Assembly (NCBI RefSeq): GCF_964188315.1
Contig: NC_135660.1
Span: forward strand, 40,796,001 to 40,860,000
Direction of reading: 5' to 3'
DNA from: Podarcis muralis
Lineage: Eukaryota
Length of the DNA stretch: 64,000 nt
Positions 39,102 to 50,680 of this stretch are shown here, one piece after another. A model generated the notes under the pieces. The model was not told the DNA's origin. It was given only the letters and a program-made list of their open reading frames with translations, and searched no databases. The first letter of the stretch is position 1; each line of letters starts with the position of its first letter. The position numbers were made by a program, and so were the translations under genes.

Positions 39102-39922
39102 AAAAAATTATGTGATTCTTGTGCTGGAGCTTCTGGGGCAGTGGGGACTGCTGGGACCAGTCCTGAAGGAAAAATACTTCCCTGATACTTCCTCACAATC
39201 CACACTGTCATCTCCCAAAGATGGGGAGTCAGGTGCTGGGGTCATGATACCCGCATGTAATGGCTGAAGGGAGCCACAACTGTCCCTGAGTCCCCATGGC
39301 ATGTGCACACAGTATAGGACAGAAGAAACATGCAGCAAACTCATCTATAATGTCCCCTGGATGCTACATGTTTTCACCAGAACTGGCTAAAGAATTCTCA
39401 ACCCGAACTTGTGGGTGAAAGGAACCCTTCTACAAGGAAATACTGCTGTGTTTAATCTGAACGAAGTTGAACTGCATTCAGAAAATATGTCTGTAGCTTC
39501 AAGTCACAGACAAGCTAGGCTTTTAATGTAACTGATATGATGAAGATACGCCCAAACAATGTAAATCCAGATCCACATATCATAGGTAAGACATTCCCAG
39601 CACCATGGGCACCTGCAAGAACTTTTCCAGGGAGAGGGGCAAAGTAAACAATGCAAATAAATTGACATACACAGCTACATTAGAGAAGAGATCTGCCATT
39701 TCTGGTGACTGAGCAGTGGTGAGGCATTTGTAGATCTGGCCTCTGAGAAACTTGTATTCTAGGTCTACACTTCTGTTGGCTCTCAATGGGCAGAACCGCA
39801 GGTGCCCGCTTCTCAGGATGATTGAGGGAGCCCAACACATCCTGATTTTGCGTGTGTGATGTCACATGGAACAGGGGGCGGAGCTGAATGTCCTCTGAAC
39901 ATTGAAGGAGCCCAGCCCCCTC

Positions 39923-39960
<38 letters not shown>

Positions 39961-39966
39961 ATAGTA
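39923..39966. repeat. (TAG)n microsatellite
   Basis: Direct reading. Confidence 0.98.
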
Positions 39967-41414
39967 TTTTAGTCTAGCTTTCTCTTTGTCCAATTAGCTA
40001 GATCTGCTTTTCTGCTTACCATGACTTCATTCACTGCTTAAAACCACTAAATCAATGGAAGCAGGCTGTTTCCTCACAAAACAAATGGGGAGAGGCACAT
40101 TTTGCCTCATATCTCACATTCTACAAATGCTAGAAACATTTAAAAACAACATCTGGGAATCTAGGGGTTACAGCTCACCTGGGGAAGGGTGTCCTCCTTC
40201 TCTCCACCTCACCCCTTGGACACTCATGAGCTGCACTTAAATGTATGCAACACAGGAGAAGAGGTAGTAATAGAAATATAAAATTTAAAAACAAAACCTT
40301 CCTGCAGTTTGCTTTCATGGAGGATGTTGTACTAAGAATAATTGACTAAAAAGCAAATATTTTACTAGATTGTAGATCCTATAACATGAAGATTGCAGCA
40401 AAAAACTACAAAAAACACCCAAGTCCTTTGCTTCATTATTTGAGTTTTTAAAGGCCATTAGCAATTAATGTCATTTTATTTTAGTGCAGGCAGTGAAGAG
40501 AGGATAGGTTGCTAGATGTTAAATAGGTTTACTACATTTCCCATAAAGTTTCTGAAATATTGAAGGTTGAGCCCAAAGTGTCTGAGCAGGACTGCAGCTC
40601 CTTGATTCTGCAGAGTATCCTTTTTTGAAATTAATCTTCTGAGTCAGGATGTACAGCTATAGGTTTTATACATGGCTATAAATTTTAGGAAATTAACTTT
40701 TCCATAAGAACTTGTTCAGGGAATGCTCCAGTCTAGGGACCCTTATATTTTTAAGCTCATCATCATTTAATTAAATGTAACTCAAGTTTATTCCTGCAAT
40801 ATATCTTTATATTTGGTCTCTAGTAGAGGAAAAGGTGAATTTGTTAAAACAAAATAAATGAAACTGGGAGGGGAGGCTGTCTTTTAAATATAAGATTATA
40901 TGCTGAGTTTAAAGGAAGGCAAATGTGTAGTATCGTGCAGCATTCTCATGGCAACTGGTGGATAATTCCTACAATAGATGTGGCTTTTAGTAGTCTCTGC
41001 TGCAACAATGTAACTCAAAGCGAGGTCCAAATTGTCATGAAGCTATTTTCTTCAACAGAATGTTCATTTCTGGCAGCCTGGGGTATGTTCTGCAAATATT
41101 ACAGAACTGTAACATCACATTAGCATGGGTGATGTGAAAAACCAGCTGCCTAGGAGTACTTTGAAACTGCTCTATTTAGAACTAGGCCAGGAAATCAGAT
41201 AATTCACTACTTTTTGGATCATATAGAAACTTAGTTGTCTTCCCAGCAAGAATTTTCTGTGAAGTGTTTAAAGACGAGTCTTGAAGCAGAATGTCAAGAC
41301 TGCACACACGATGTATGCGAACAGGAACAGGGAGTCTTGAAGGATCATATCTGGGCTCTGTTTGGATACCTATAGCACTCTTTCAATATTTGCTGCTACC
41401 TGCCTACCTATCTA

Positions 41415-41776
41415 AGGTAAAGGTAAAGGTACCCCTGCCCGTACAGGCCAGTCTTGCCAGACTCTGGGGTTGTGCGCCCATCTCACTCAAGAGGCCGGGG
41501 GCCAGCACTGTCCGGAGACACTTCCGGGTCACGTGGCCAGCATGACATCGCTGCTCTGGCGAGCCAGAGCCGCACACGGAAACGCCGTTTACCTTCCCGC
41601 TAGTAAGCGGTCCCTATTTATCTACTCGCACCCGGGAGTGCTTTCGAACTGCTAGGTTGGCAGGCGCTGGGACTGAACAACGGGAGCGCACCCCGCCACG
41701 GGGATTCGAACCACCGACCTTTCGATCGGCAAGCCCTAGGCACTGAGGCTTTTACCCACAGCGCCACCCGCGTCCC
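41415..41776 (-). mobile_element. Sauria SINE, subfamily B, with 13-bp TSD
   Basis: TSD GCCTACCTATCTA at 41402-14 and 41779-91. Confidence 0.96.
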
Positions 41777-42787
41777 TCGCCTACCTATCTAGCTAGTTAC
41801 AACTGCCACTGGGATCCTGTGAATTTCCAGGGCCACTTACAGGTATTTTCTCTTCTGATCCTATATATTCAAATTTGAATATTTTTTGAGACTAAATCCA
41901 ATCCACCCTCGCTGAACAGAACTGGATTTTTAAAATCACCTTATGGGGTTTGACAATAAATTATTTAAGGCCATTTGATCTCTCATGCTTCACCAAGCTA
42001 TGGAGCTATAACTAATGATTAACTGGATGAGATAATGTCAAAACCATCATATATTCACTAACTTTCTGCTAGCATTGGAATTTCGGCAGCATTATTCACA
42101 AATACAGATGTTACTACTGGTGCCTTAGCGAGCAGTGAAGCAGCACTGAAAAAGCAGGGGTTCATTTACTATATTTTATTGAACATGCCATCTGTGCTTG
42201 CATGGGTTACAGGTGATATCCAGGTAAGTCTTAGTAGGTTGGAGTGAGGAATCTGATCATAGTAGCTGATCAAATGCGTATCTTCCCTACCCCTTGCCAT
42301 CTACCTGTCGATCACAATTGTTGGAGAATGTATGGGAAGAGATTCTTACTCAATTGTAGCAGAGTTAGCACAATGGCTGAGTTTTCCAAGCTCCTTTTAA
42401 AGCCTGGTTATATTTTACATCTGCCCTCATCCACCTTTAAACAAACATTCTCCATTAAAATACTTAGGCTAGAATAAATTGCAAACATGTAGAGGAGGAG
42501 ATGGGAAGAGGTTTTTGCTTACTGAGCTGTCTGTCAGGTAACTTGAACCATTACAGACTCCCTGCCTCCTTTCTCCTGGCTATAGCCAGGGGGAATCCCA
42601 CCAGTGGCAATTTCACCCACTGGTGCATTTGGTGAGTGGAAGAAGGAGCTCCATACCAGTAGAGTGATGCTCATGGGAGACCAACAGTAGCCAGAAGCAC
42701 TGGGGAGAGACACCTCCCCTCAATCTACCTTCCCCCCATATACACATAAGCAAAGGGTGTTTGGATTGCTCTACCAGTAACCAGTAA

Positions 42788-43259
42788 GCCAACAAAGGTC
42801 TGTATAGTTAAAGCTATGGTTTTCCCAGTAGTGATGTATGGAAGTGAGAGCTGGACCATAAAGAAGGCTGATCGCCGAACAATTGATGCTTTTGAATTAT
42901 GGTGCTGGAGGAGACTCTTGAGAGTCCCATGGACTGCAAGAAGATCAAACACATCCATTCTTAAGGAAATCAGCCCTGAGTGCTCACTGGAAGGACAGAT
43001 TGTGAGGCTGAGGCTCCAATACTTTGGCCACCTCATGAGAAGAGAAGACTCCCTGGAAAAGACCCTGATGTTGGGAAAGATGGAGGGCACAAGGAGAAGG
43101 GGACGACAGAGGACGAGATGGTTGGACAGTGTTCTCAAAGCTACAAACATGAGTCTGACCAAACTGCGGGAGGCAGTGGAAGACAGGAGTGCCTGGCATG
43201 CCCTGGTCCATGGGGTCATGAAGAGTCGGACACGACTAAACGACTAAACAACAACAACA
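42788..43259 (+). mobile_element. BovB (RTE-clade LINE), 5'-truncated, with an open ORF2 C-terminus
   Basis: Reads PTKVCIVKAMVFPVVMYGSESWTIKKADRR...YFGHLMRR...KSRTRLND* (ORF 42816-43247), the characteristic BovB C-terminus. It has a (CAA)n tail and TSD CCAGTAA at 42781-87 and 43260-66. Confidence 0.95.
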
Positions 43260-45639
43260 CCAGTAACTTTAGGTACTTGTTAATAATTGTTTTAGTGTTG
43301 TTATATATTGGTACTATTACTATAAATTTTTCATATGCTCTAACCAGAGATAGTCCCCATTTGCAGGTATCTGTCCTCACATGTTTTTTGGAAGAGATGT
43401 TGAGTGTTTGTGTGTCTCTCTGTGTGTGATATTCTTACACACATCCAAAATGACACACGTGTGATTCCTATGAGATTTCCCATCTAAGGCAATGACCCAA
43501 CTCAGATCTACTGAGATAAGGTAATGGTCTTCTATGCCTTCAAACCAGGAGTAGAACAGGAGTAGGCAGACTTTGGCTTGTGGAGTCCACTTTGTTTTAA
43601 ATAAGGTCCACCAGCCAGAGCCAGGTGCAAATTAGTGGCTCAGGTGGGCAGACATAAGGTAAGAATTAGGAAATGCCATGGCACTAGTGCTCAGAACCAG
43701 AACCAAGCTTACAAGTTCTTTCACACAAGCCATTCTCTATTTTCATCTGCAAAATGTTAGGGGATACATCATTATTAACAGCAATCCTTCGTGCACAGAT
43801 TCTTCATACGTGGCAAGGTATGGATTTGGTACTTAGATGCATCTTGCCAAATATAAAGAAATAAAATAAAGTGAGAATCAGCCACGTCTGCAGGTTCACA
43901 ACCACTGAATACCTGAATCTTGCAGATGTTCATGACTCTTCATTCCCTTTTCAATCTTTCATCTATTAGGCTGCAAATTTATATATTGTGATGTGTTTCT
44001 AAGCTGAAGGCTTTTTATGACTATGCAACATTCTGCTGTAGTGCTTGTCAACTATTTTTCTCTTCTTTTGGTGTAGCTGTATTTGAAAGCCTTAATGGGA
44101 ACGGTGCTATTAACATTAACACTCATAACGGAGCTACCATTTGATGCTGGAAACACTCTTATAATCCCATCACATACCATAATGCAGCCATTTAGATAGT
44201 CATTATTGGAAAAAACCTACTGCAGCAAGTTTTCAGAGAACATTTTATTGGTATATTATCAAAGCTATACCAAAAATACAATTGTAAATGTATTTATTTA
44301 TTGGTGTTCTTAACCTACTCTGTCCCCACAAGTCCACAGTTGGTAATAATATTTAAATCTCAAGTGTTAAGAGTCCTTGAACTATATAAAATACAATTAT
44401 GGGACATGATACAGCAGAATGAAAGTATTTTAAAGGCTCCCGGAATAGCTTTGATGGGGCAAATGACTCCCATAAGCCAGTCATTTTGAACCTGAAGTTT
44501 AAGGGGGGGGTCAAGGTAGACTAGAAATCAGGTTAAAAATCAACAGGGGCAGAGGCTGAAGGATGGAAAAGTAGGTCACTTAGGTTTCTATGGAATGGAT
44601 CGGTCTGTAAATCCACATGCAGATAACACACACATAAGCTCCTACTCATCAGGCATTTAAGTCAATGCAAGGTTTAACCCCACTATCTCACTCATCAGAT
44701 GACATCATGAGTGATGGCAGCTGGTGAGCAGGGATGCATGGTTTCAAGCAAAATACCTCTCAGGCCAACTTAGATCACCTGATGCGCCAAGACTAGGCCA
44801 TGGGTTTGAGGCTCCTCTCCTCTGCTCTACTGTATAGTGCTGGACAGGCCTTCACCATCTTATCTAACAGTCTCTGAAATAGGAGCACATGGGGAGTCAA
44901 GGATCTTCAGTTTAGAAAGGGGTGTGTGTCACAGGCTTCAGCGGCTGAGTATTCAACATTTTTGTCCACTCACTCTTCAGAGAACTGTTCTGAAAATATG
45001 TGATTTGGAATGATTAGTAGTAGTATTATTATTATTACTACAGCAGCCACTGTTAACTAATCAGTCACAGGGGATATGGGGTGGGGTGGAGTTTTTTGTA
45101 TTTCCATGTTCACGTCACTTCTTCAAGTGGTGAGAAGTTCAAGGGCTGCAGTGCTTATCCAGTTTTGTTTCTTTCTGAAAGAGGTCACTGTAAACTCATT
45201 GACATTTTGTAATATGCAGGTATAGCTTAAACGTGCCAAAAGACAGCCAAAGTCCACTGGTCCCACATCAGACCACCAGGGTGACATCCAGTACCAAACC
45301 ATAGCTTAGTGCAAACGCTTGAGTGGTTGGGTCCTGGAGAGAGATCACATCTGCTTTGCTCCTCCTCCAGACCTGCTGCTGCTGTGCTGCTGTGAGCAAC
45401 ACCATGGTTTGACTTGGCATGCCAACCAAATTGAAGCTTCTGGTTTATATCACTCCAGCTGTATCACATGAGCTGTAACTCGGGTTTGTTCTTGGTTTAC
45501 AGATTATGGTTTATCTGGAATAGACAAACCTTGAGCCCGGATTCAGACAACATGCTAAACCAAACCTTGGCTTAGCTCACAGTAGCCTAGAAGCAGATGA
45601 ACTGGAGGAGGAGGAAAGTGGTCACCATCTTATGGTCTT

Positions 45640-45796
45640 GATCTATCGGCTATTTTTAAAATGAGGCTGCATTTTAAATTGCATTTTAACCTGTATTTTA
45701 AATTGGTTTTCCCCCTCCCCCCATTATGTTTTTACTGTGATTTTATTGGTGTTTGCTGCCCTGAGCCCGGCTCTGGCCGGGGAGGGCAGGGTATAA

Positions 45797-45849
<53 letters not shown>
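45640..45849 (+). mobile_element. L2 LINE 3' end with expanded (ATT)n tail
   Basis: gctgccctgagccc...ggagggcagggtataaa followed by (TTA)n at 45797-45849. Confidence 0.75.
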
Positions 45850-46389
45850 CTCCTCTCTAGGAACCTGCATGATTTGGCTTAGAATTCTATGCAAACTGAG
45901 TCTCTGTTTTTCTCAGCCCCATCCAAAGTTCATTGTTCTTCTGATACCTCGAAATCTGAATGAGGTGGAAATCTGGAGGCAGAAGACAACCGTCATGGCT
46001 AAGTTGCCATCTGGCATCTTCATTCACCATAGAAGCAATCCCTGTGCCTGATAAGTGAATGTGGGTGTTGGTGTGTAGGTTTTTCCCCTCAGCAAAGTCC
46101 CCTCTTAGCTCCAGAGTCAAATCTCTTTCTGGATTTTTTTGTGGGGGGTGGACACTCTTGCAAGCTTTATTAATGGAACGAACAATCCCAAGTTCTCCCC
46201 TTGTTCCATTAATATGGATGCAGATAAGAAGCGGTTCCTCTGCCACTCCACTATCATTTAGTAATAAATTAATACAACATTAGCCTAAGCCATCTGAGAT
46301 CTCCCTAATGGACCCAAAGAAAAGAAGCAATTATAATAACTCCCAGGACTTTGACAAATAAAAAGAAAGGAAAATAAGCTGGAAATAGT

Positions 46390-46880
46390 TGAGAAATCGG
46401 CAGCCTGGCAGACACGGCACAGGCTTGCCCTTGGTTTATCAGCTGCTTCCATCCCCTGAGGGGAGACAGGAGGGCCACGAAGCCTGAGGCAGCCGCAGGG
46501 CCCTCTTTGCGTGCTTGTAGCAGCGCCCTAAGGCTGCCTACAGTTGAGCAAATCATCGGTTTTTATCGTGTTCCAAATAAGCCATCTGCTAATAAAACAT
46601 TGTGTGTTGCTGTTCAGTGCAAACAACAACTGTTACGTCTAGTTAATATTATTTTTCCAGGAGCCAATTCTTTTTTCGGTTCCCGATTAAGAAGCCAAAT
46701 ATTAACTCTAGCCCTTTGTGGCTCTTTTGCGGAGTTACGTTTGCAAGCAGCGATGAAATAGCTGTGAGGCAGGTGGCACACGAGCCTTTTCAACAGTGTT
46801 TGCTGTTCAGTCCCTTCAGTGCGCTGAATAAGTTTCCGAAGCAAATGTCTTCTGATTTTCCGGGATAAGGCAATATACAC
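46390..46880. promoter_or_regulatory. CpG-enriched repeat-free block (candidate enhancer or alternative promoter)
   Basis: About 18 CpGs counted by eye in ~480 bp, far above the surrounding non-repeat sequence. No TE termini recognised. Confidence 0.4.
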
Positions 46881-46949
46881 AACAATCACATGCTGTTTTG
46901 CTGAAGAAATGGCTTCATAGCTTAAACTTTCCCTGAAATGGGATGCTTT

Positions 46950-47110
46950 AAATCAAGGGTAGGGAACCTTTTTCCAGCCCACTGTTTCCTTCTGGGCAAT
47001 TTTGCAGGGGACACATGCCAGGGGTGGGAGGAGCCAGAGGCAAAAGTGGGCGGAGCTGTGGATGTAAGTTTTATCTTTCTACACACACCAATCTATCCTG
47101 CATTGAGCCA
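46950..47110. mobile_element. hAT/Charlie-like element, left-end remnant
   Basis: agggtagggaacctttttccagccc terminus, ggagccagaggcaaaagtgggcggagc body. Confidence 0.5.
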
Positions 47111-47675
47111 TTCCTTTCCCCAGAACTGAGATTCGCTACTCCCTATTCAAAGCACCCAGCAACCTTGGGCAGCATGTCCTGGCAGGAGCTGGCACATGCC
47201 TTCCTTCGCCCTTCTGTGCACACATTTTGCTGCTAATAACATGGCAGCATTTGCCATTTTAAATGTCCCACCATGCCTTGGGCACTACAGAATGGTAAAA
47301 ACAGTGGACAGCTGGCTAGATCTAGCCATTGCTGACAGGTAAACCAGTGACTGCCAGGGTGGTGGGGCACTGGTCCTGCTTTTAACGTTGTTAGAAACGC
47401 ATGGAACACAGTTCAACTTCCCATTGGCAGTGTGTGGGGTAGGGTGGAGCCACAGGGGCAGCCTCCCAGCAATCCACTGCTGCTCACTTGGATGCAGCTG
47501 GGGTGGGGTAGGACAGCAGTGAAGTCAGGGTGTGCTCCTCCCCTGGTGGACCCACACAGCCGTGGTCTAGCCATTGTCCCGCTCCTCCGCAATCCTGTCT
47601 AGGTAAGTAGCAGTGATGCCGACACTGGTGTCAAAAGGCTGGATTTGCTGCTCTGCCCCATCATACACATCAGTA

Positions 47676-47890
47676 CAGTGGTACCTTGGGTTAAGAACTT
47701 CATTCATTCTGGAGGTCCGTTCTTAACCTGAAACTGTTCTTAACCTGAGGTACCACTTTAGCTAATGGGGCCTCCCGCCGCCGCTGCGTGATTTCTGTTC
47801 TCATCCTGAAGCAAAGTTCTTAACCCGAGGTACTATTTCTGGGTTAGCGGAGTCTGTAACCTGAAGCGTTTGTAACCTGAGATACCACTG
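47676..47890. mobile_element. Tigger-like MITE, copy 3
   Basis: TA-CAGTGGTACCTTGGG...GATACCACTG-TA. Confidence 0.9.
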
Positions 47891-47897
47891 TACTGCT

Positions 47898-48039
47898 ACT
47901 GGGTAGCTCAGTTGGTTAGAGTGCGGTGCTGATAAAGCCAAGGTTTCAGATTTGATCCCCAAATGGGACAGCTGCATATTCCTGCATTGCAGGGGGTTAG
48001 ACGAGATGATCCTCAGGGTCGCTTCCAACTCTATGATTC
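47898..48039 (+). mobile_element. Chimeric SINE: tRNA-Ile-like head plus CR1 3' tail
   Basis: Head gggTAGCTCAGTTGGTTAGAGtgcggtgctgataaagccaagg resembles tRNA-Ile. The tail attcctgcattgcagggggtt...cttccaactctatgattc matches the CR1 ends at 25660-25730 and 54110-54180. Confidence 0.8.
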
Positions 48040-48340
48040 CCCCAACCTCACAAAAACAAAGTGCAGAATGGCTGCTATAGAGCTCTGGTATCATCTCCCC
48101 TCTCCCAGACACAACTCCCCTCTGGTAGTTTACCTACTTTTCCTCACAGAGCTGCAATTTCCAGCACCCCAAACAAACTTCAATGCTCAGGATTATTTAC
48201 GGAAAATGTGCTTTAAGTGTATGGGGGTGTGTGACATGAAACCATGTGGATCAGACTCCCAGGCAATCTGCTATCCAGGCACTGATCAGGGTAAGGCTTC
48301 CCTAGGCTTAACATCATAGCAGCAGCAACTCCCCTTAGGC

Positions 48341-48476
48341 CAGTGATGGCCAAACGTGGCCCTCCAGCTGTTTTGGGACTATAATTCCCATCATCCCTAG
48401 CTAATAGGACCAGTGGTCAGGGATGATAGGAATTGTAGTCCCCAAACAGCTGGAGGGCCAAGTTTGGCCATTACTG
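48341..48476. mobile_element. Intact palindromic hAT MITE (URR1-like) with 8-bp TSD
   Basis: Termini are CAGTGATGGCCAAAC and GTTTGGCCATTACTG. TSD CCTTAGGC is at 48333-40 and 48477-84. The element is an almost full-length fold-back. Confidence 0.92.
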
Positions 48477-48682
48477 CCTTAGGCCATTCTTCGGAAATCT
48501 GAACCTTCAACCCACTTTGGACTATCAAATGTCGCATAGCAGGTATGGGTTTGCACAATATGACTTGCCTTGAAAGTGGTACAAGAAACTAGCTATTCAA
48601 AGTCACTACCACCCTTAAAAAACAGCCACCATGAGTTAATCCACCACACTGCTTCTTTGCTGCAGGATGTCTCTGCTAAAGC

Positions 48683-48795
48683 AATCTTTGCGAACCTGAT
48701 GCCTTCCAGATGTTTTGGATTGTAATTCCTATCAACTCCAGCCAGCATCTTTTGTAGTTCAAAACATCTGGAGGGCACCAGGTTGGCAAAGTCTC
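48683..48795. mobile_element. URR1-like palindromic hAT MITE remnant
   Basis: aacctgatgccttccagatgttttg...aaaacatctggagggcaccaggtt inverted arms. Confidence 0.65.
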
Positions 48796-48843
48796 CAGTG
48801 AGGCTTCTTTTGCTCAGATGCCTGCTGAATTTGTTCAGCATTA

Positions 48844-49085
48844 CAGTGGTACCTCGGGTTACATATGCTTCAGATTACATACGCTTCAGGTTATAGACTC
48901 TGCTAACCCAGAAATAGTACCTCGGGTTAAGAACTCTGCTTCAGGATGAGAACAGAAATCGTGCTCCGGCGGCGCAGCAGCAGCAGGAGGCCCCATTAAC
49001 TAAAGTGGTGCTTCAGGTTAAGAACAGTTTCAGGTTAAGAATGGACCTCCGGAACAAATTAAGTACTTAACCCGAGGTACCACTG
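48844..49085. mobile_element. Tigger-like MITE, copy 4 (orientation as copy 2)
   Basis: TA-CAGTGGTACCTCGGG...CCCGAGGTACCACTG-TA. Confidence 0.92.
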
Positions 49086-49699
49086 TATTAGAAATCTCGC
49101 TGTGGATTATTTGTACTATTCCTTAACCTTTAACATGTTTTATAGACAGATGTGCTTATGAATCTTATGTATTTTTTCCTGGGGGGGGGGGGAATGACCT
49201 GGGCACAGTAATTCATTCCTTGTACCCTGAAGGGCCCTAGGCTTGTAGAGGCTGTGCTGAGGCATGAGTTCTTAATACAGCTTCATCTAGAAAGCCATAG
49301 CAGTCCATAGCTTTACTGTAACAAATTTGCTGATATTAAGTGGATTTGAACACACAGCGGGTGTCATAAACTTCTCCAATTGGGTTATACTGAACTCATC
49401 ACTTTAATCCAACCGCTCCTATTACCCTTCACAGTAAACACAATCAAGATTTGAATCTAAACCTCTCATTCTCCCATCTCTGCATGCTATAAATGTTTCT
49501 GAACCGACAGGCGCTCACATGATTGGATGTCATGTGCTGTAATGTTACCGCAGTAAACAGCACCATCTAGGGATCCACATTTGGATGATTTGTGCTTAAA
49601 GAATATTTGACATGTGGAATTAGCTGTACATACAGAGCAAGGTAGGTGTGTGTCGTTACTAGAGCTATGTGTGTTTTGAGTGATCCCAGAACTGAAGTA

Positions 49700-49930
49700 T
49701 TTGTTTATTAAATCACATTTAAATACCCGCTTTTCCTCTAAAGAAACTCTAAGGCAGCACACATGGTTCCCACCTCCCATTTTATCCTCACAACATCCCC
49801 AGGGGGAGGAGAGAGGGGGGGGCGCGCGCAGGCTGGGCCCAAATACCCCAGCAAGCTTTATAATGGAGTTGGAATTTGAACTTGGGTCTGCCTGGTCCTG
49901 CTCCAGCACTCTGACACTGCATCACACTGG
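49700..49930 (-). mobile_element. MIR/Ther1-related SINE (old Squam3-like)
   Basis: cccattttatcctcacaac core, ggaatttgaac B-box antisense, ending cactgcatcacactgg. Confidence 0.65.
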
Positions 49931-50056
49931 ATCTCACTGTATTCCTTAACATGTTCACAACAAATGTGTTGCCTGCTACAGTGCATGAAAGTCAAGACTG
50001 CCACCACTGGGTGCCCCAAGCATGAAACCCAGTTAAACACAAGGTCTATAGCTCAG

Positions 50057-50680
50057 TGCCATGTGGACTAAGGAGTGGTGGGAGGTCCCAGCTGGAGAAC
50101 CTGCAAGGAAGCCCCGAGGGAAAGAAGGGTCAGAGCTCGGGCATGGTGGTGGCATGACGATGCGTGGTCAGAGAGAGAAGAGGGGGCAGACTGGGAGGAG
50201 GAGATGGCAGAAGGTGAAGAGGCAACAGGCTTTAGTGAGCAGGAAGAGGCTGGGACAGAGAGCAGTCCAGGTTCAGAGTCAGAAGCGGAGGCTGGAGGGG
50301 AGGTGGCCAAGAAGCAGAGATGAAACAGGCTGCTGAAGAATCCAGGGAGTCTCCCTCTACTGCTGTGACCAGCTCCATTCCCTGTGATTTCCCAGAACCT
50401 GCAGAGGTATGAATAGGGCAGAGCAGAGACAGGCAAGGCAAAGAACTCTCAGGTTGCTTTGGAAGGACCCAAGAGTGAAGGAGACTTAGGGAGTTGGGGG
50501 GAAGTGGGGACTTTCAATCCTTGCAACAACCTCATTGGGGCAGGATCTTCAAGGAAGTGTTGTTATGCTCACCAGGCCAGGCTTCCTGAGCTGCTTGTTT
50601 CTTTGAATAGTTAGCTTTACTGACACTGGCGGTTTTTATTACTGACACTGGCGGTTTTTATTGGCGACCTACTCCTGACA
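50057..50680 (+). mobile_element. Probable solo LTR (Gypsy-like), purine-rich
   Basis: TG...CA termini (TGCCATG...CCTGACA) with flanks CTCAG/TTCAG as an imperfect 5-bp TSD. A 22-bp tandem duplication lies at 50618-50661. Confidence 0.55.

Noticed and set aside
8739-45882. ORFs containing CVCVCV, HTHTHT, SLSLSL or poly-Y runs
   Set aside because: They are translations of microsatellites.
50075-50323. Acidic E-rich ORF resembling a disordered protein region
   Set aside because: It lies inside a GA-rich probable LTR, and base composition explains the translation.
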